In this document: in pieces, positions 1 through 12,200 of the stretch
Layout: each line of letters starts with the position of its first letter
Position numbering within the stretch: the stretch's first letter is position 1
Origin: Felis catus
Lineage: Eukaryota
NCBI RefSeq assembly: GCF_018350175.1
Contig: NC_058368.1
Location: 61,754,001-61,818,000 of the forward strand
Length of the DNA: 64,000 nucleotides
Direction of reading: 5' to 3'
Notes under the pieces: model-generated
What the model saw: the letters and a program-made list of their open reading frames with translations, nothing else
Told to the model about the DNA's origin: nothing
Database searches by the model: none
Made by a program: the position numbers and the translations under genes

Positions 1-479
1 TCAGACTTTCTTACAACAGAATTTTTATCATCAACAACAAAAAAATGACAGATGATATATCTATTTTTAAATACATATACTCAATTCTTACTACAATTAA
101 TGGTGGTTGTAATAAATAGGCTGACTGTAACTTCTTTGTCCAAACAGTATTGAAAATTTGGTGTACATTTTGTTTTTGTTTAGAATTAAGTTTTAAAATA
201 TAACCAGATTATTTTTTCTGAAAATAGAATTATTATCCTACCTATAGTTATAATTGCCAGACCTAAATAATTCATTATACATTTTTTCAAGTGTTTTGTA
301 TGTAGTGACTTTAGAGAAATAGAGACTGAGGATTGCATGAAAGAGAAAAACAATGAAGTGATATAAAGTAAAATGACTGAGGGCACACATGAACTGCTAA
401 GTAAGGACGGCTATCACTTTCTGAGGGATAATGGCCAGTATATGAGGAGTGTGGTAAACATATTGGAATATACAAAATT

Positions 480-690
480 TAAAGGGAGGAAGACTGCATA
501 TGGGACATTTTAATTTTGGTGTTCAAAGAAGGCTCTGTGAAGAGGTAACATGGGACAATAAGGGGATAAGAGCATGTGACACCATGACTCCAATGCCATG
601 AAAGGTCAGTCGGATTTCTGGGGAGAGATTTAAAACAGAGAAAGGAGTCTGTGTAAAGGCCTATGCTGGGGAGATGCTAATTATACATGA
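480..690 (-). mobile_element. L2 LINE fragment (degenerate)
   Basis: Resembles antisense L2 3' region (gaaggctctgtgaagaggtaacat...gtgtaaaggcc). Confidence 0.55.
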
Positions 691-892
691 TACTGATTTT
701 ATTTTTTGAGCATGAGAAGATGAATAATTTATTCTAACTTCCTTTCTTATACTTTTCTTTTTGTCATTGTTTTGACATTGAAGACTTATTTATTTCATTC
801 TTACCTAATAACAAACATTTGAAGGTATTATTTTTGTGTGTGAGCATGGACTTAACTGATCATGTGCTTTTGTTATTCAGTGATTTTAAAAA

Positions 893-1030
893 ATTGCTTC
901 TCATCTATTAATGGGAGATAATGGCATGCATCTTCTAAGATTGTTGTAAGGATTAAGTGAGTTAATGTTTATAAAGGGCTAAGAAGAGGGACAGAAATAT
1001 AATAATTGCTTAACATGTATTAACTATTGC
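893..1030 (+). mobile_element. MIR SINE core and 3' end
   Basis: MIR core motif ctcatctattaatgggagataat...gttgtaaggattaagtgagttaat. Confidence 0.8.
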
Positions 1031-1339
1031 TTCCTCTTTATCTTTCTCATTATTAATATCTGTGCTTTTGTGCATTATTTGTGCATAAGTGTACATTATT
1101 TGATTTTGTCTAATGCAATTTATCAACTTATGATTTATGAAATCTAGATAGCATTTTTACTCCACTATAATATCTATAAAACATTAAAACAAATATTTCT
1201 TTCTACCTGCACTTCACTTATTCTATATTATTTCTTATTATTACCTCCACCATCCATTTGAACTTTATATGTGTTTATAAAAATTGTATTTTGTTATGTA
1301 ATGGAAGCCATTTAGCATTCTCTCTATAGCTGAATAATT

Positions 1340-1847
1340 TCCTATTTTTATTACTTCATATAAAAATTATTCCCAAACTTAGTTACTCAACGCAGCAAAC
1401 ATTTGCTATCTCTGTTCTGGGGGCCAGAATTCCAAGTGTCATTTAGCTGAGCGCATCTTGCCTCTCGTTTATGTTCTCTCATGAGGTTACATTCAATATG
1501 TCAATTGGTGTAGGCTCATCCCAAAGCAGGATTCACTTCCTCACAGTTTGTTGGACTGAGGTCCTTGGGTTCTCATGGACTCAGCACCCTCTCATGCAGG
1601 CATCTCCTCAGGGCAGCTCACATTCTAAGAGATGGTTACTTCAGAACAAGCAAAGGAGAAAGAGAGGACCCAAGATGAAAGCCACTGTCCTTTGACAACC
1701 TAATCTAGGAGCTGATTTCCTCCATATTCTATTTCTGGGAAGGAAGTTACCAAGTCCAGCCCACAATTTAGTGGAAGGAATTACACAAGGGAATGGATTC
1801 CAGGAGGCAAGCACCTTTGACGGAACTCTTACAGGCTGCCTGCTACA
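1340..1847 (-). mobile_element. MaLR LTR, MLT1F/G-like
   Basis: Antisense MLT1 hallmarks: cccaaacttag, tctcatgaggtt, ccagcccaca, caggaggc...ggctgcctgctaca terminus. Confidence 0.8.
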
Positions 1848-1849
1848 AA

Positions 1850-2260
1850 TAGATTTAGTGCTCATATTTAGCCTAATCTTTTATATCCACAACTTCACAT
1901 TATTTATATGGACACATACTGTATTTGTTCCAGGTTCTCACCATTTCATAGATTCTCTTGTTCTAAAACTTGTGATTTGAGTTTTATATTTTAGAATTTG
2001 TGCTTTATGATTTATATTTTGCCTCCCCTCCCCCAAATAAAAGGATCATAGGTCTTACAATTCTGGAATCTTTGCCCTTTTGAGATGCCTGTCTGTTGCT
2101 TTTACTTAAGCAACTATTACCCAGGTGTAAAGTTATTGGCTTATACTTTCCTTCCATTAGAACTCTGGAGATGTTATATCACTGTTTTATGGAGCTTTGT
2201 GTTGAGGAAAATACTACCTCAATTCAGCCTCATTTTCTCACTGTAGATGATTTTCCTTAT
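1850..2260 (-). mobile_element. Ancient L1 (L1ME/HAL1-like) fragment
   Basis: T-rich sequence resembling antisense ORF1 region (ccaggtgtaaagttattggc...gagatgttatatcactgtttt). Confidence 0.5.
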
Positions 2261-2559
2261 AGACATAAATCAATTCTATGGTAAAGAAGTAGAAAGACAA
2301 TAATGATATGGGGCAGCTAAAAATTTCAAGTTGCTTAGCATATCTCCTACCAGTTCTTCACAAATCAGTTGTCACTTTTACCTTGAGAGCATATTAATGA
2401 TACCTAACAGGGACTTAGTGATTATTAAGACACAGACATTGAGTCAGTAACTCTGCTACATTATTTTCATTACCATAAAAATGTTTTGTGACAGATACTA
2501 TTTTGCCCCAATTATATAATTGGTATAAGAGGTTTGCAATCACTTATGCAGATAGCTTG

Positions 2560-2860
2560 AGCTAGATATGCTTCAGTAACCAAAATATTTCATAGAGGTG
2601 ATATGATACATCTACTGTATTTTTGTCATAATTCCAGGAGTATCTACAGCATTATGTCTAATTGGACACAATGATATTAAAATATCTGCCGTAAAACATT
2701 TGGATATGCATAGCAATTGGAGTTAATAGAGATTCTGTGTGTCTTCAAGATAATCAGATTACATTTCACCACCAAGTAAGTTTACAAAAAACCTACAAAA
2801 ATGTTCAGTTGTCAAAGCTTTTGAATTTTGGAATTGCAGACAAGGGGATGTTGACAGGTG
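2560..2860. mobile_element. TcMar-Tigger MITE, MER46C-like
   Basis: Right end aaagcttttgaattttggaattgcagacaagggg...acaggtg resembles the MER46C terminus. Confidence 0.65.
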
Positions 2861-2953
2861 AATTTATAGAGATATTATGCCCAAATGCCACCAGTTGGTA
2901 AGTGGTTTCCTGAAATTTCAAGCCAGGTGACCAAATTCTAAGATAATATTCTT

Positions 2954-3176
2954 TTTTTAATTTTTTTTTCAACGTTTATTTATTTGTGGGACAGAGAGAG
3001 AGAGACAGAGCATGAATGGGGGAGGGGCAGAGAGAGAGGGAGACACAGAATCGGAAACAGGCTCCAGGCTCTGAGCCATCAGCCCAGAGCCCGACGCGGG
3101 GCTCGAACTCCCGGACCGCGAGATCGTGACCTGGCTGAAGTCGGACACCCAACCGACTGCGCCACCCAGGCGCCCC
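2954..3176 (-). mobile_element. CanSINE, young felid SINEC_Fc type
   Basis: tRNA-derived head, (CT)n tract and A tail. TSD taagataatattctt/taagacaatattctt. CpGs retained. Confidence 0.97.
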
Positions 3177-3584
3177 TAAGACAATATTCTTAAGTGCTAC
3201 ATGTCACTGCCTTAAAGATGACCCTCAGTTTGGGGATTCTTTTTCCTTTTAGCATTCCTGCCACCTGTGGTCACATATTGATTCTGATACTAAATGTTTG
3301 TGACTTTGATCAATTGCTAACCCTTTTGATGTTTAGGGCTTTTTTTTTTTCATTTGGCAAATGTGAATACTAATAAATCTTGCAGATGACTTTCATGACA
3401 TTAAATATGATAATCCATAAAAATTACTTGAATTTCTGCTATAAGTTTAGTGTTTACTAACAAACACTTTTTATGAATTGTGATTTTTAATTCTCTATAT
3501 TTTTTCTAGTAAGTAGATGTTGTTAGTGTAGCTAGAACTCTTCCCTTTTATCATATATATGCTTAGAAGAACGAACAAATTTAA

Positions 3585-3810
3585 GGGTGCCTGGGTGACT
3601 CAGTTGGTTGAGCATCTGACTTCAGCCAGGTCATGATATCTCAGTTCGTGGGTTTGAACCCCATGTCGGGCTCTGTGCTGACAGCTCAGAGCCTGGAGCC
3701 TGCTTCATCAGATTCCATGTCTCCCTCTCTCTCTGCCCCTCCCCAACTTGTGCTTTGTCTGTCTGTCTCTCTCTCAAAAATAAATAAAAGCATTTTTTAA
3801 AATTAAAAAA
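3585..3810 (+). mobile_element. CanSINE
   Basis: gggtgcctgggtgactcag head, CT tract and A tail. TSD gaacaaattta. Confidence 0.95.
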
Positions 3811-3901
3811 AGAAGGAACAAATTTAGTGTGTTATATAAAAAAGGTTTTCTATGAATACTGTATAGCCAAAGGGTTAAAATGTAGATACATAGACATAGA
3901 A

Positions 3902-3907
<6 letters not shown>

Positions 3908-3955
<48 letters not shown>
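3908..3955. repeat. (TA)n microsatellite
   Basis: Perfect TA run. Confidence 0.98.
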
Positions 3956-3959
<4 letters not shown>

Positions 3960-5159
3960 AAGATGAGGCTTTAAGCTTTGAAACAGCCAGAAAAATAACC
4001 AGAAAATCAATTCAAAATGTTCCATTACTAAAAGGAATCAAAGGAAACATATAGCATATACTACATACTACTGGACAAGAATAATAAGGTCTTCCTGGCA
4101 TGGGGTAGATACTTTCATGTGACTGATTAATCTGGCAGTTTTGAGTTCCAATCTGTGGGAAGATGTCCATTGTCTTCTTAATAGTTGAAAATTAATTCCA
4201 TGCTGGAGCTCACCACTATCCACTCTCCTAGAATATTCCTTATCAATGTGAGCTCAGGGACCACTTTGCCAGGCTGCATGGGGCAAAAGTAATTACAAAA
4301 ATGAGTTAAGACTTTCTACATTTACAATTTCTCAAATCTGTAAACTGGTAACTAGACTATGGAATCCTGTGTAGACATAATCATTGAATCTGGATATTGG
4401 CAGCTTTGTATTATTAGCCATACATCCACTGCTCTGACCATCCCCAAACTGCTGGTTAATGATTTCTTCTTAAATGCTGAAATTGAAAACATATGGTCTG
4501 GATGAATGAGACTAGGGCAATCTCTTTGCTGCTGGGCCATCTCTGTATGGAGAGATCTTTGAAGGGTAGTTTGTAAACTATTTCATTTGTTTGTGGGGTG
4601 GGGAATGAATGCACAGTGAAAGACGCAAAGCTTATTTTTCACTCACCGCCCAACCCTAGGCCAGGCTCACTGCCATTGCAAACAATAACTCCAGCTTGAC
4701 AAAAAAGAATTAGCTTTTGCGGTCCAAACAGAAAATAATTATTTTAGTTTGAGCCATTTGATGATTTGTTACAACACACACACACACACACACACCCCAC
4801 AATGTTTTTATTGAGTGCTAGGCTCTGGGCTCTGCTCTTTGCTTCCTGTGCTTTACAGTAGAACAACTTATATTGAAGAATATTTGTGATGACCACAGTG
4901 GCAACTACTACACTCCATTATCCTGCTATATTCAACCAAGTCTCGCAAAGCTTTTATTTCAGGAGGCAAATGGTCTGAATCCCAAGATACCCTTAAACCA
5001 GATGCTTCATTACTGCCAACTTTGTTACTTGCGAACTTCATGGCTAAGATAAAACCATATACAATGACTTCTACTACCAATGGATTCAGCTAACACCCCG
5101 TATTAAAACAAGTCATGTACTATTTCCAATTCCTAGTTAGTTTTAATAATAATCAGGAT

Positions 5160-5362
5160 GGGGCACCTGGGTGGCTGAGTAGGTTAAGCATCCAGCTCTT
5201 GACTTCAGCTCAGGTCACGATCTCACTGTTAGTGGGTTCAAGACCCATGTTAGGATACACACTGAGTGTGGAGTCTGCTTGGGATTTGCTCTCTCTCTTT
5301 CTCTCTGTCCCTCCTTATTCGCTCACACTGTCTTTCTCTCAAAACAAACTTTTTTGAAATAA
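5160..5362 (+). mobile_element. CanSINE, older subfamily
   Basis: ggggcacctgggtggctgag head and CT tract. Confidence 0.92.
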
Positions 5363-5859
5363 AATGTGTGTAAATACATTAATATGAGAGTGGAAACTAT
5401 TTTTAAATTAGTTCTAAAATTAAAACGTTCATTTTACAATAATCTTTATATTCTTGTATTATCTGTTTCCTTAAATTCAAATACATTTAAAATATGAGAA
5501 TATAATTTGATCACTATATTCCTGCCACAGAAAATTGTTATATTCAGATTTTGTCACATTTGATATGAGGTTTTGTAGAAAATATACATTTTACTGACCT
5601 TTCTCTATGAACTATGACCTTCTCTATTCAACTATGACCTTTCTCACTCCTTTCCACTTTCCTTGAGAGGATTACTTTTTGAAAGCTTGTATATACCCTT
5701 TTCATGCATGGTTCTATAGTTTGACTACACACATACAAATATATCACAGCATCATTTATAGACACAAATTTTGAAAATAACCTAAATGACTGTCAAATGG
5801 CAATGGATATCCAAAATTTTAAATATATGCACTCAATAATTATAATCATATGTATTTAT

Positions 5860-6160
5860 TATTAACAAATAAATTTCTTTATTAATAAAGATATTAATTA
5901 CATTGTGATGATATTAAAGATGAATAATTATGATTATAGATAGTTATCTACTATAAAGATGATATAGTAGTATATAATATAGTATAATTATAGTGTAACA
6001 TGTAATTTAATTATATGGTAATATAAAATTAATGTGATTATAGATAATTAACAATTATTTATAATTCACATAATTTAATTATTAATGTTGATATTATTAA
6101 TATTGTTGGCTAATGTGTTAATAAACATGTTTACATATATTGAAATATATATCTCATTTT
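5860..6160. repeat. AT-rich low-complexity tract
   Basis: Very A/T-rich with degenerate ATA/TAAT units. Confidence 0.8.
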
Positions 6161-7897
6161 AAATGTTTACAGTAAAGAAAACTTTGCCCTCTTAACAATT
6201 CTTGTTTGCCAGTTATGCTGTTAATGCTGTCAGCATTATCAAATTTTGATTAAAGTTTTTTTCAAAACAAAAAAGTTTCCTGTATTGTCCTCAGAAAGTA
6301 TTCAGAATGACTATTAACTAAAACTGCAGCATTATGTTGCTAACAAAAGAAGTACAATTAGAAAATGCTGACTGTAATACAACTATGCCATAGGGCACAA
6401 ATTTTGTTTTCTTTCTCCGGTAATGTAAATTATGCTGACAGGGAAGGATGGTTGCAATTTTTGTCAACTGAATTTATTTTTTGCTTAGCAAAGCTAGAAG
6501 TCATGTAATAATGTCCATCTGGCTGACCTGAGGGTTAAAGTTTAGGTGTATCTTGCTAAATAAGTTGTCTTCTGCTCAATGCCACCCATAGATTTTACAA
6601 CCTCCAGGTTCACGTGGAAAATCTCAGAAAAGCGTGAAGTAAATATTAAAGAAGATATTTTCAATAAATTTTCTCTTATTTACTGTGCATTTCCCAATTA
6701 ACTAAAGGAGAAATTTTATAAGACCCATGATGTCAAATTTTAATTAAATAGAAAAGGAACACATTCATATTCACGAGCCTAGGGAAATCTTGAATATTTG
6801 TAATCGATAAATTCCTACACCACAGAGAAAATCATGGTGATATACATAGAAAAATAGTTGAGTTGACTGCAGATTTCCAACTAAATGTCCTTTAAATCTT
6901 TGAAAATGAAAAGCTTGTGTTCTCTGTATCAGTAATCAGCTGTGATTTTTTATAATGCCCAGTGACTGGTAAGATTATATAGTTATGTATTATTTATATA
7001 AACAAAATGCCATTTGACATTCAGTTTTGCAGCCTACTACCCATTTTCCTTTAATTTCCTCTCAAAAGAGGACTTCACTGGGCTGTTAATTGTGCAGGAT
7101 TGTCTTTATTTAGGCTAAGATTGGAACATGACCAAGCTGGTCAAAATCTAAATTGCAGCCAGACTTTGTCTAAGCAATTGTAATTTTTATTGCCTGGTCT
7201 AATCTGATTCTTACATTCCTCTGTCTTTCATGAATATAATCTAGAAGCATGGATAAAAGGAATTTTCCATTTGGAAACAGAACAATGAAAATCACTTGAG
7301 TTATGGTAAACAAGCATTAGTGAAGATGCTGTAAGCTTTGGGCCTTACAATTGTGTTTTCCTTTGACATATATTTAATTTTAGGGTAGGCTTTTTAATTT
7401 TCTATATCCTTATAATATTCATTTGAAAGCCAGTATATGAAATCAACCCCTTCAATAACTAACATCACCTATTAAAAACCACTTTTGTTTTTATTGTTGG
7501 GAAAAAAATGAATTTCACGCAATATATCATAAATGGGGGAAAAATCCGACCCAAGGGTAGGTCTACCCTTTGTACAAAAGAGAGAAGTCTGCAAAGTTGG
7601 TTTATTGTGTCCTCTACTGGATATTTTTCTTTTTCGTTTTTTTTTTTTTCCTATAAGAAAACTTGACATCCTGTCTGAAATCCATGCTAAAATGTTTGGT
7701 CTTAAATAGTCTCCTATTTTGGAATATTAAATAGAAAGTATTAAATATCAAATTTCCCATGTCAAACATGTGCATGAAGAGAAATTTTGTGCTTGAATAT
7801 AAAAATGAAAATTCTTGAAACTACTCTGGAATCAACATTTAAAAGCTTTAAACTCATACTACACAATGAAACTTTATGCTGGAATACTTACTCTAGA

Positions 7898-7950
7898 AAT
7901 ATATATATATATATATTATATATATATATATATATATAATATATAATATA
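7898..7950. repeat. Imperfect (TA)n microsatellite
   Basis: TA run with interruptions. Confidence 0.95.
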
Positions 7951-8289
7951 TCTATACTTCATAATGAAAATGAATACATGGAAGCAAGTGAGATTTTGAA
8001 ATGAAATATTCTTAGATCATGCTTTCCCTTAAGGAGTTCTCATTGCTTTCATGACATAAATCCTAAAGTAAAGGATTATTTAGTTTGCTGTCTCATTAAT
8101 AATTATTAAGCCCCGTGTGACAGCAAGTGTCTCTATTATATAGAAAAATAAAGAAAATTACTTGGAAAAACTGCATCACAGCATAACACATTGTGACAAT
8201 CATTTCTAATTGCCTACCAATGTTTTCTTTCCTTATTTGGAAGGAATCTGGGTATTTTACTTGGGCATTATATAAGCCAGAATAAAGCA

Positions 8290-8646
8290 CATAATTAATT
8301 ATTAATATCCCTTTCAGCTGTATCTGACCAGGTAACCAATTCTGGCCAATGATATGTAAGATTAAATGTTTTATGGGATTTCAATAATGTCTCATTAAAA
8401 AATGGGAAAGCTTTCCCTTCTGCCTTTCCTCCCTCGTCTGATGAGTTGATTTAAGAAAGCCAACTGCATCAGAAAATAGATAATAGAAAGAGCTCAAGTT
8501 AACGCTAAAAATATGGGACCATAAACACCATTCCTAGAAGCCTTGATCAAGAATTAAGTTTTGTGTAAAGGAGTAAAAGTCTATCATGTTTAAGCCATTG
8601 TAGTTTCATAGTTGCTAGAAGTAGAATGCAATTCTTAATTGGCACA
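8290..8646 (+). mobile_element. MaLR LTR, MLT1J-like
   Basis: Contains ttctggccaatgatatgtaag and tttaagccattg, and ends with ttcttaattggcaca. Confidence 0.7.
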
Positions 8647-8799
8647 GAATTGGGGACCTAGAGGTTGGGTTCCAAAAGTAACAGAATGTTAAAGGTGATT
8701 TGTTCTGGTGAAGGAGACGGATACATATGTATTGAAAACCCAGAATTTGCAGGTTGAAAACCTAGTAGTCCTTCTAATGTGGTTGTATAATTCCAGTTA

Positions 8800-8997
8800 T
8801 AATGTAAAGAAGTCACCAGGATATTGAATATAGCATAGGGAATATAGTCAATAATATTGTAATAACTTTGTACAGTCTCAGATGTTAACTACACCGTCAT
8901 GGTGAGCATTCTGTAATATATATGTGTCAAATCACTACGTTGTACACCTGAAACTAATGTAATATTGTATATCAGCTATACTTCAATTAAAAGAAAA
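8800..8997 (+). mobile_element. L1 3' end, carnivore L1_Carn-like, 5'-truncated
   Basis: atagcatagggaatatagtcaataat...tgtacacctgaaactaat...cttcaattaaaa. Confidence 0.9.
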
Positions 8998-9793
8998 TTA
9001 GCTAAACCCTTACCTGTTTATTCTTGCAAATCAAATAAATTACTGGCTGGAGAAATAGCATTAAAAATTATAATGAGATATTTAGACTATTAGTGCTTAG
9101 TTGTTCCTTATTATTTTTTTTTTTAATTTATGTGTCTTTCTTCCTTCTGGACTCTCACATGGGCATAGGGGGTGAATTCACCTTTTTGCTTATTTTCTAA
9201 AACCTTGTGAGAGATAAGGAAATACCACATAATTAAGGGAACTTCTCTCAGTTTATGGCTTACAATGTAGGCTGACCCTGATTTGGAATCTTGCAGGGCT
9301 GAGAAAGCCAAATGCTTCTGCACTTAATATCAATTAGTTAAAAATGGTGACTGTGAAATGGCAGGCAAAGAAGTAATTAAGATTGTGTCCCACTTTATGA
9401 AATCAAGGAATCTTCTGAAAAAGCCAATTAAAGATATGACCTATTGTAGGTTGATTATAGGTGATATATGCTAGATACAGCAAACATAAAACCCATTATT
9501 ATGTATTTATGAAATAGTTTTAGCAAATATTGATGATTATTAACTAAAGACACCATTTCATTTTGGAATGCAAAATGGTTGTATTTGAACTCTGTCATTC
9601 TTTCAATATTTAATGCCTATAATTCTTCCATAAATATAAATGATGCTAATCGACTACTTGGTTAACTCAAGTGCAGTCAGTAGAGGAAAAATAGAATAAA
9701 TGATTTCTATTATATATTTCTTTAAATAAGTTTTAAATCACGTGTTAGTGTGTATATAATTTACATTTTTATATATCTTCATGAGATCAAAGA

Positions 9794-9797
<4 letters not shown>

Positions 9798-9836
<39 letters not shown>
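9798..9836. repeat. (TA)n microsatellite
   Basis: Perfect TA run. Confidence 0.98.
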
Positions 9837-9840
<4 letters not shown>

Positions 9841-10999
9841 AGCTCCATTTTATTACAGAATTAAGCAATTTTACTGAAAAATAGTTACAACTATTCAATT
9901 AGTCATCACTATCTTAGACTATTGGTAGTCTTAGACAGGTGGTCAAGTAGCCCCGAATTTTATTGTAAATATACAGAATAGGAGAAAACAACCTGGCACC
10001 AACTCTTAGCTGGATGTAGTGTTCTGTACCCCAAGAATCCCACAGAATTAAAAAGATAACAACATTGTCCATTTTGGATTGGATAACAGGAAGGGTAGAA
10101 AAGTTTATACAGAGAAAGGCAAGTAAAGTGCTCCATCCACTGATCTCTGATCCTGCAAAAACATGTGATAAACCCATAAAATGGTGAAAATAGTAGAACT
10201 TGAGTTGGTTATCTGATAAGTACAGTCTATTCCTACTGAAAAGCCCCAACACAGAAAATGGTGAATGGAGCCCCTTATGTTGTCCACTCCATATGACCCT
10301 TTGTTTGGGAGGACAGAAGAAAATATAAAAGGTCATGGAAGATCAGGTGTCAAAACCCTCATGCATAAGATTTGATGGATAAAATATACGAGTTTTTTAA
10401 AAGAAGAAAAATAGATGAGAAAAAGATAAAAGAGTAGGAGAACTAACTATACAAAGGAAAAGACTAAGTCACCTGGATATATTTAGACAATTGACAAAAA
10501 ATGGGATAAAGAGGGAGGTGATTCATGATATTTCTGTAAAGACTTGGTATATTATTTCTAGGTAGGAAGAGAGAGACCTATCCCAGATTGGGTGGTCATC
10601 TTGGCTATGGGGCATTTTGAATTTACCATTATTAGTTCTGGGAGGTACATTTAAACCCAAAGATGCTGTCTTAGATTTTGAGAAGTAATTTTTAGAGCAA
10701 AGTGATCAATTTATTTCATTTCATAAGGGGAAAGAAGAAAAATATAATGGATATGAGGTCAGTGGCTGGAAGCAGCCTGGGAAGAGGTCACTCTGGCATC
10801 AATACAGGAGCATATTTTGAGGTGCAGTGTCTGGAGGCCTTTTGCCAACTACATTCCTTGTAACATTTTTTTTTTTTTGAAAAAAAAATTTTTGAAAAAT
10901 TTCCAGTTTGGAAATTAACAATAATTCTTTTTTTTTCTTTTTCTTTTTTCTTTCTAAAAAATATTTCCTTGAAATTGTAGACTTGTTTCAAGTGTTCAT

Positions 11000-12200
11000 A
11001 AGTTTTAAAAATTATGTATTGTCCACTATTTTTTAAAAATTACTTTATTGACTCCCAGCCTTTGTTTTTCTCCTCCTCTCCTAGGGCTTGATTAAATCCT
11101 GTCAGGAACTATATGTCTCTTAAAAACTATTGTGTATTTTAAATCCATTTTAGTGCATCAATCCAGTTTATCTTGATCTAACTTTCAAGTGTGGTTGTTC
11201 TTTTTCTGCTGTCTTCTATTTTCTATAAATCAATTATATTCTTAATTTAATATTGCACTGTTCAGTTCTGAAATTTCCATTGACTTATTTTATGCTTCCT
11301 TTGCTAAAATTCTTTTTGTCAATATCCTTGAGTATCTAAATTATATAATTTTTAACTCTGTGTCTGATGACCCCCCTCGCTGCATTTGTTATTGGTGTGG
11401 ATTATTATTTTATTCCTTTCTACTGATTTTTGGTCATTTGGTCCTCTTTCTGGCCATGCTTTCTGTTTTTTAATTAAATTCTCCAAACTCATACATAAAA
11501 GATTGCAGAGTACCTGGATGTTAGTTTCTTCCACAGAAGATTTACTCTTTTTCACCATCATGTAGAGGACAGGACAAATGTCCATGATCCAGTTGAATGT
11601 GGGACATCCCTGATCTGTGCTTACACCTAAGGCTTCAACCTTTCCTATTTCCTATCTGGAATCCTGGAGTGTTTACAAAGGGCCCTCGTCCTGGGTGGCC
11701 CCTGAATTTTGTATTCCCCTCCTCAGAACTGTGTGGCTATTGCATATCCGCTTAGCTTTTAGGTTCTTCGCAGCTGTTTTAGGCTTTCTTTCTCTGAGTC
11801 ATCACCTATGCTTGATTAGTGTACAAATTGAAAAAAAAAAAGTGTCTTACAGCAATACTATACTCAGAATGTTTGGGTCATTTCTCTGTGGTTTTCTTTT
11901 CCTCTAGGAATCTGCTCTGAATCTTCGTGGTTTGGAAGACATAAATTTTCGGGATTGCTTTCTTAGCCCAGGAAGTGCACAAATATGGGGTTGCTACCCT
12001 CCAGTGGCCTCAGTGTCTTGCACCTAGAATCCTCTAAAAGCTAAAAAGGAAAAAGCAGCAGGGAAGGCAGGGCTCATTGATGCCTCACCCTCCCACTAGG
12101 ATTTTGACCCTCTGGTTCCAACAGCCTTTGTTGTTTTCTAAATGCCTGCAGTGATGTCTGAATATTTTATTCCTCTCTTGTAGTTCTTTTCAGCTGCAGG
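11000..12200 (-). mobile_element. Ancient L1 (L1ME-like) ORF1/5' region
   Basis: Antisense old-L1 motifs ttcttttctgctgtctt, ttcagttctgaaatttccatt and tctgtgtctgatga. Confidence 0.6.

Larger units (their letters stand above)
2440..3215 (-). mobile_element. MIR split by a Tigger MITE and a CanSINE
   Basis: Collinear antisense MIR pieces at about 2440-2545, 2875-2950 and 3180-3215. Confidence 0.6.
8647..10710 (+). mobile_element. MaLR internal (MLT1-int-like) remnant, interrupted
   Basis: gaattggggacctagaggttggg directly after the LTR resembles the MaLR-int 5' end. Purine-rich body with a gag-like peptide trace at about 10461-10560. Right boundary uncertain. Confidence 0.5.

Noticed and set aside
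2984..3193. Recurring similar ORFs (WDRERETEHE..., GAPGWLSRLS...) suggesting a gene family
   Set aside because: All are translations of CanSINE copies.
4352..5080. Two minus-strand ORFs (62 and 70 aa) in unique sequence
   Set aside because: No recognisable homology, and no convincing splice sites frame them.
9914..10336. Longest ORF (140 aa, minus strand)
   Set aside because: It runs antisense to a purine-rich retroelement remnant. The hydrophobic bias follows from base composition and no domain is recognisable.
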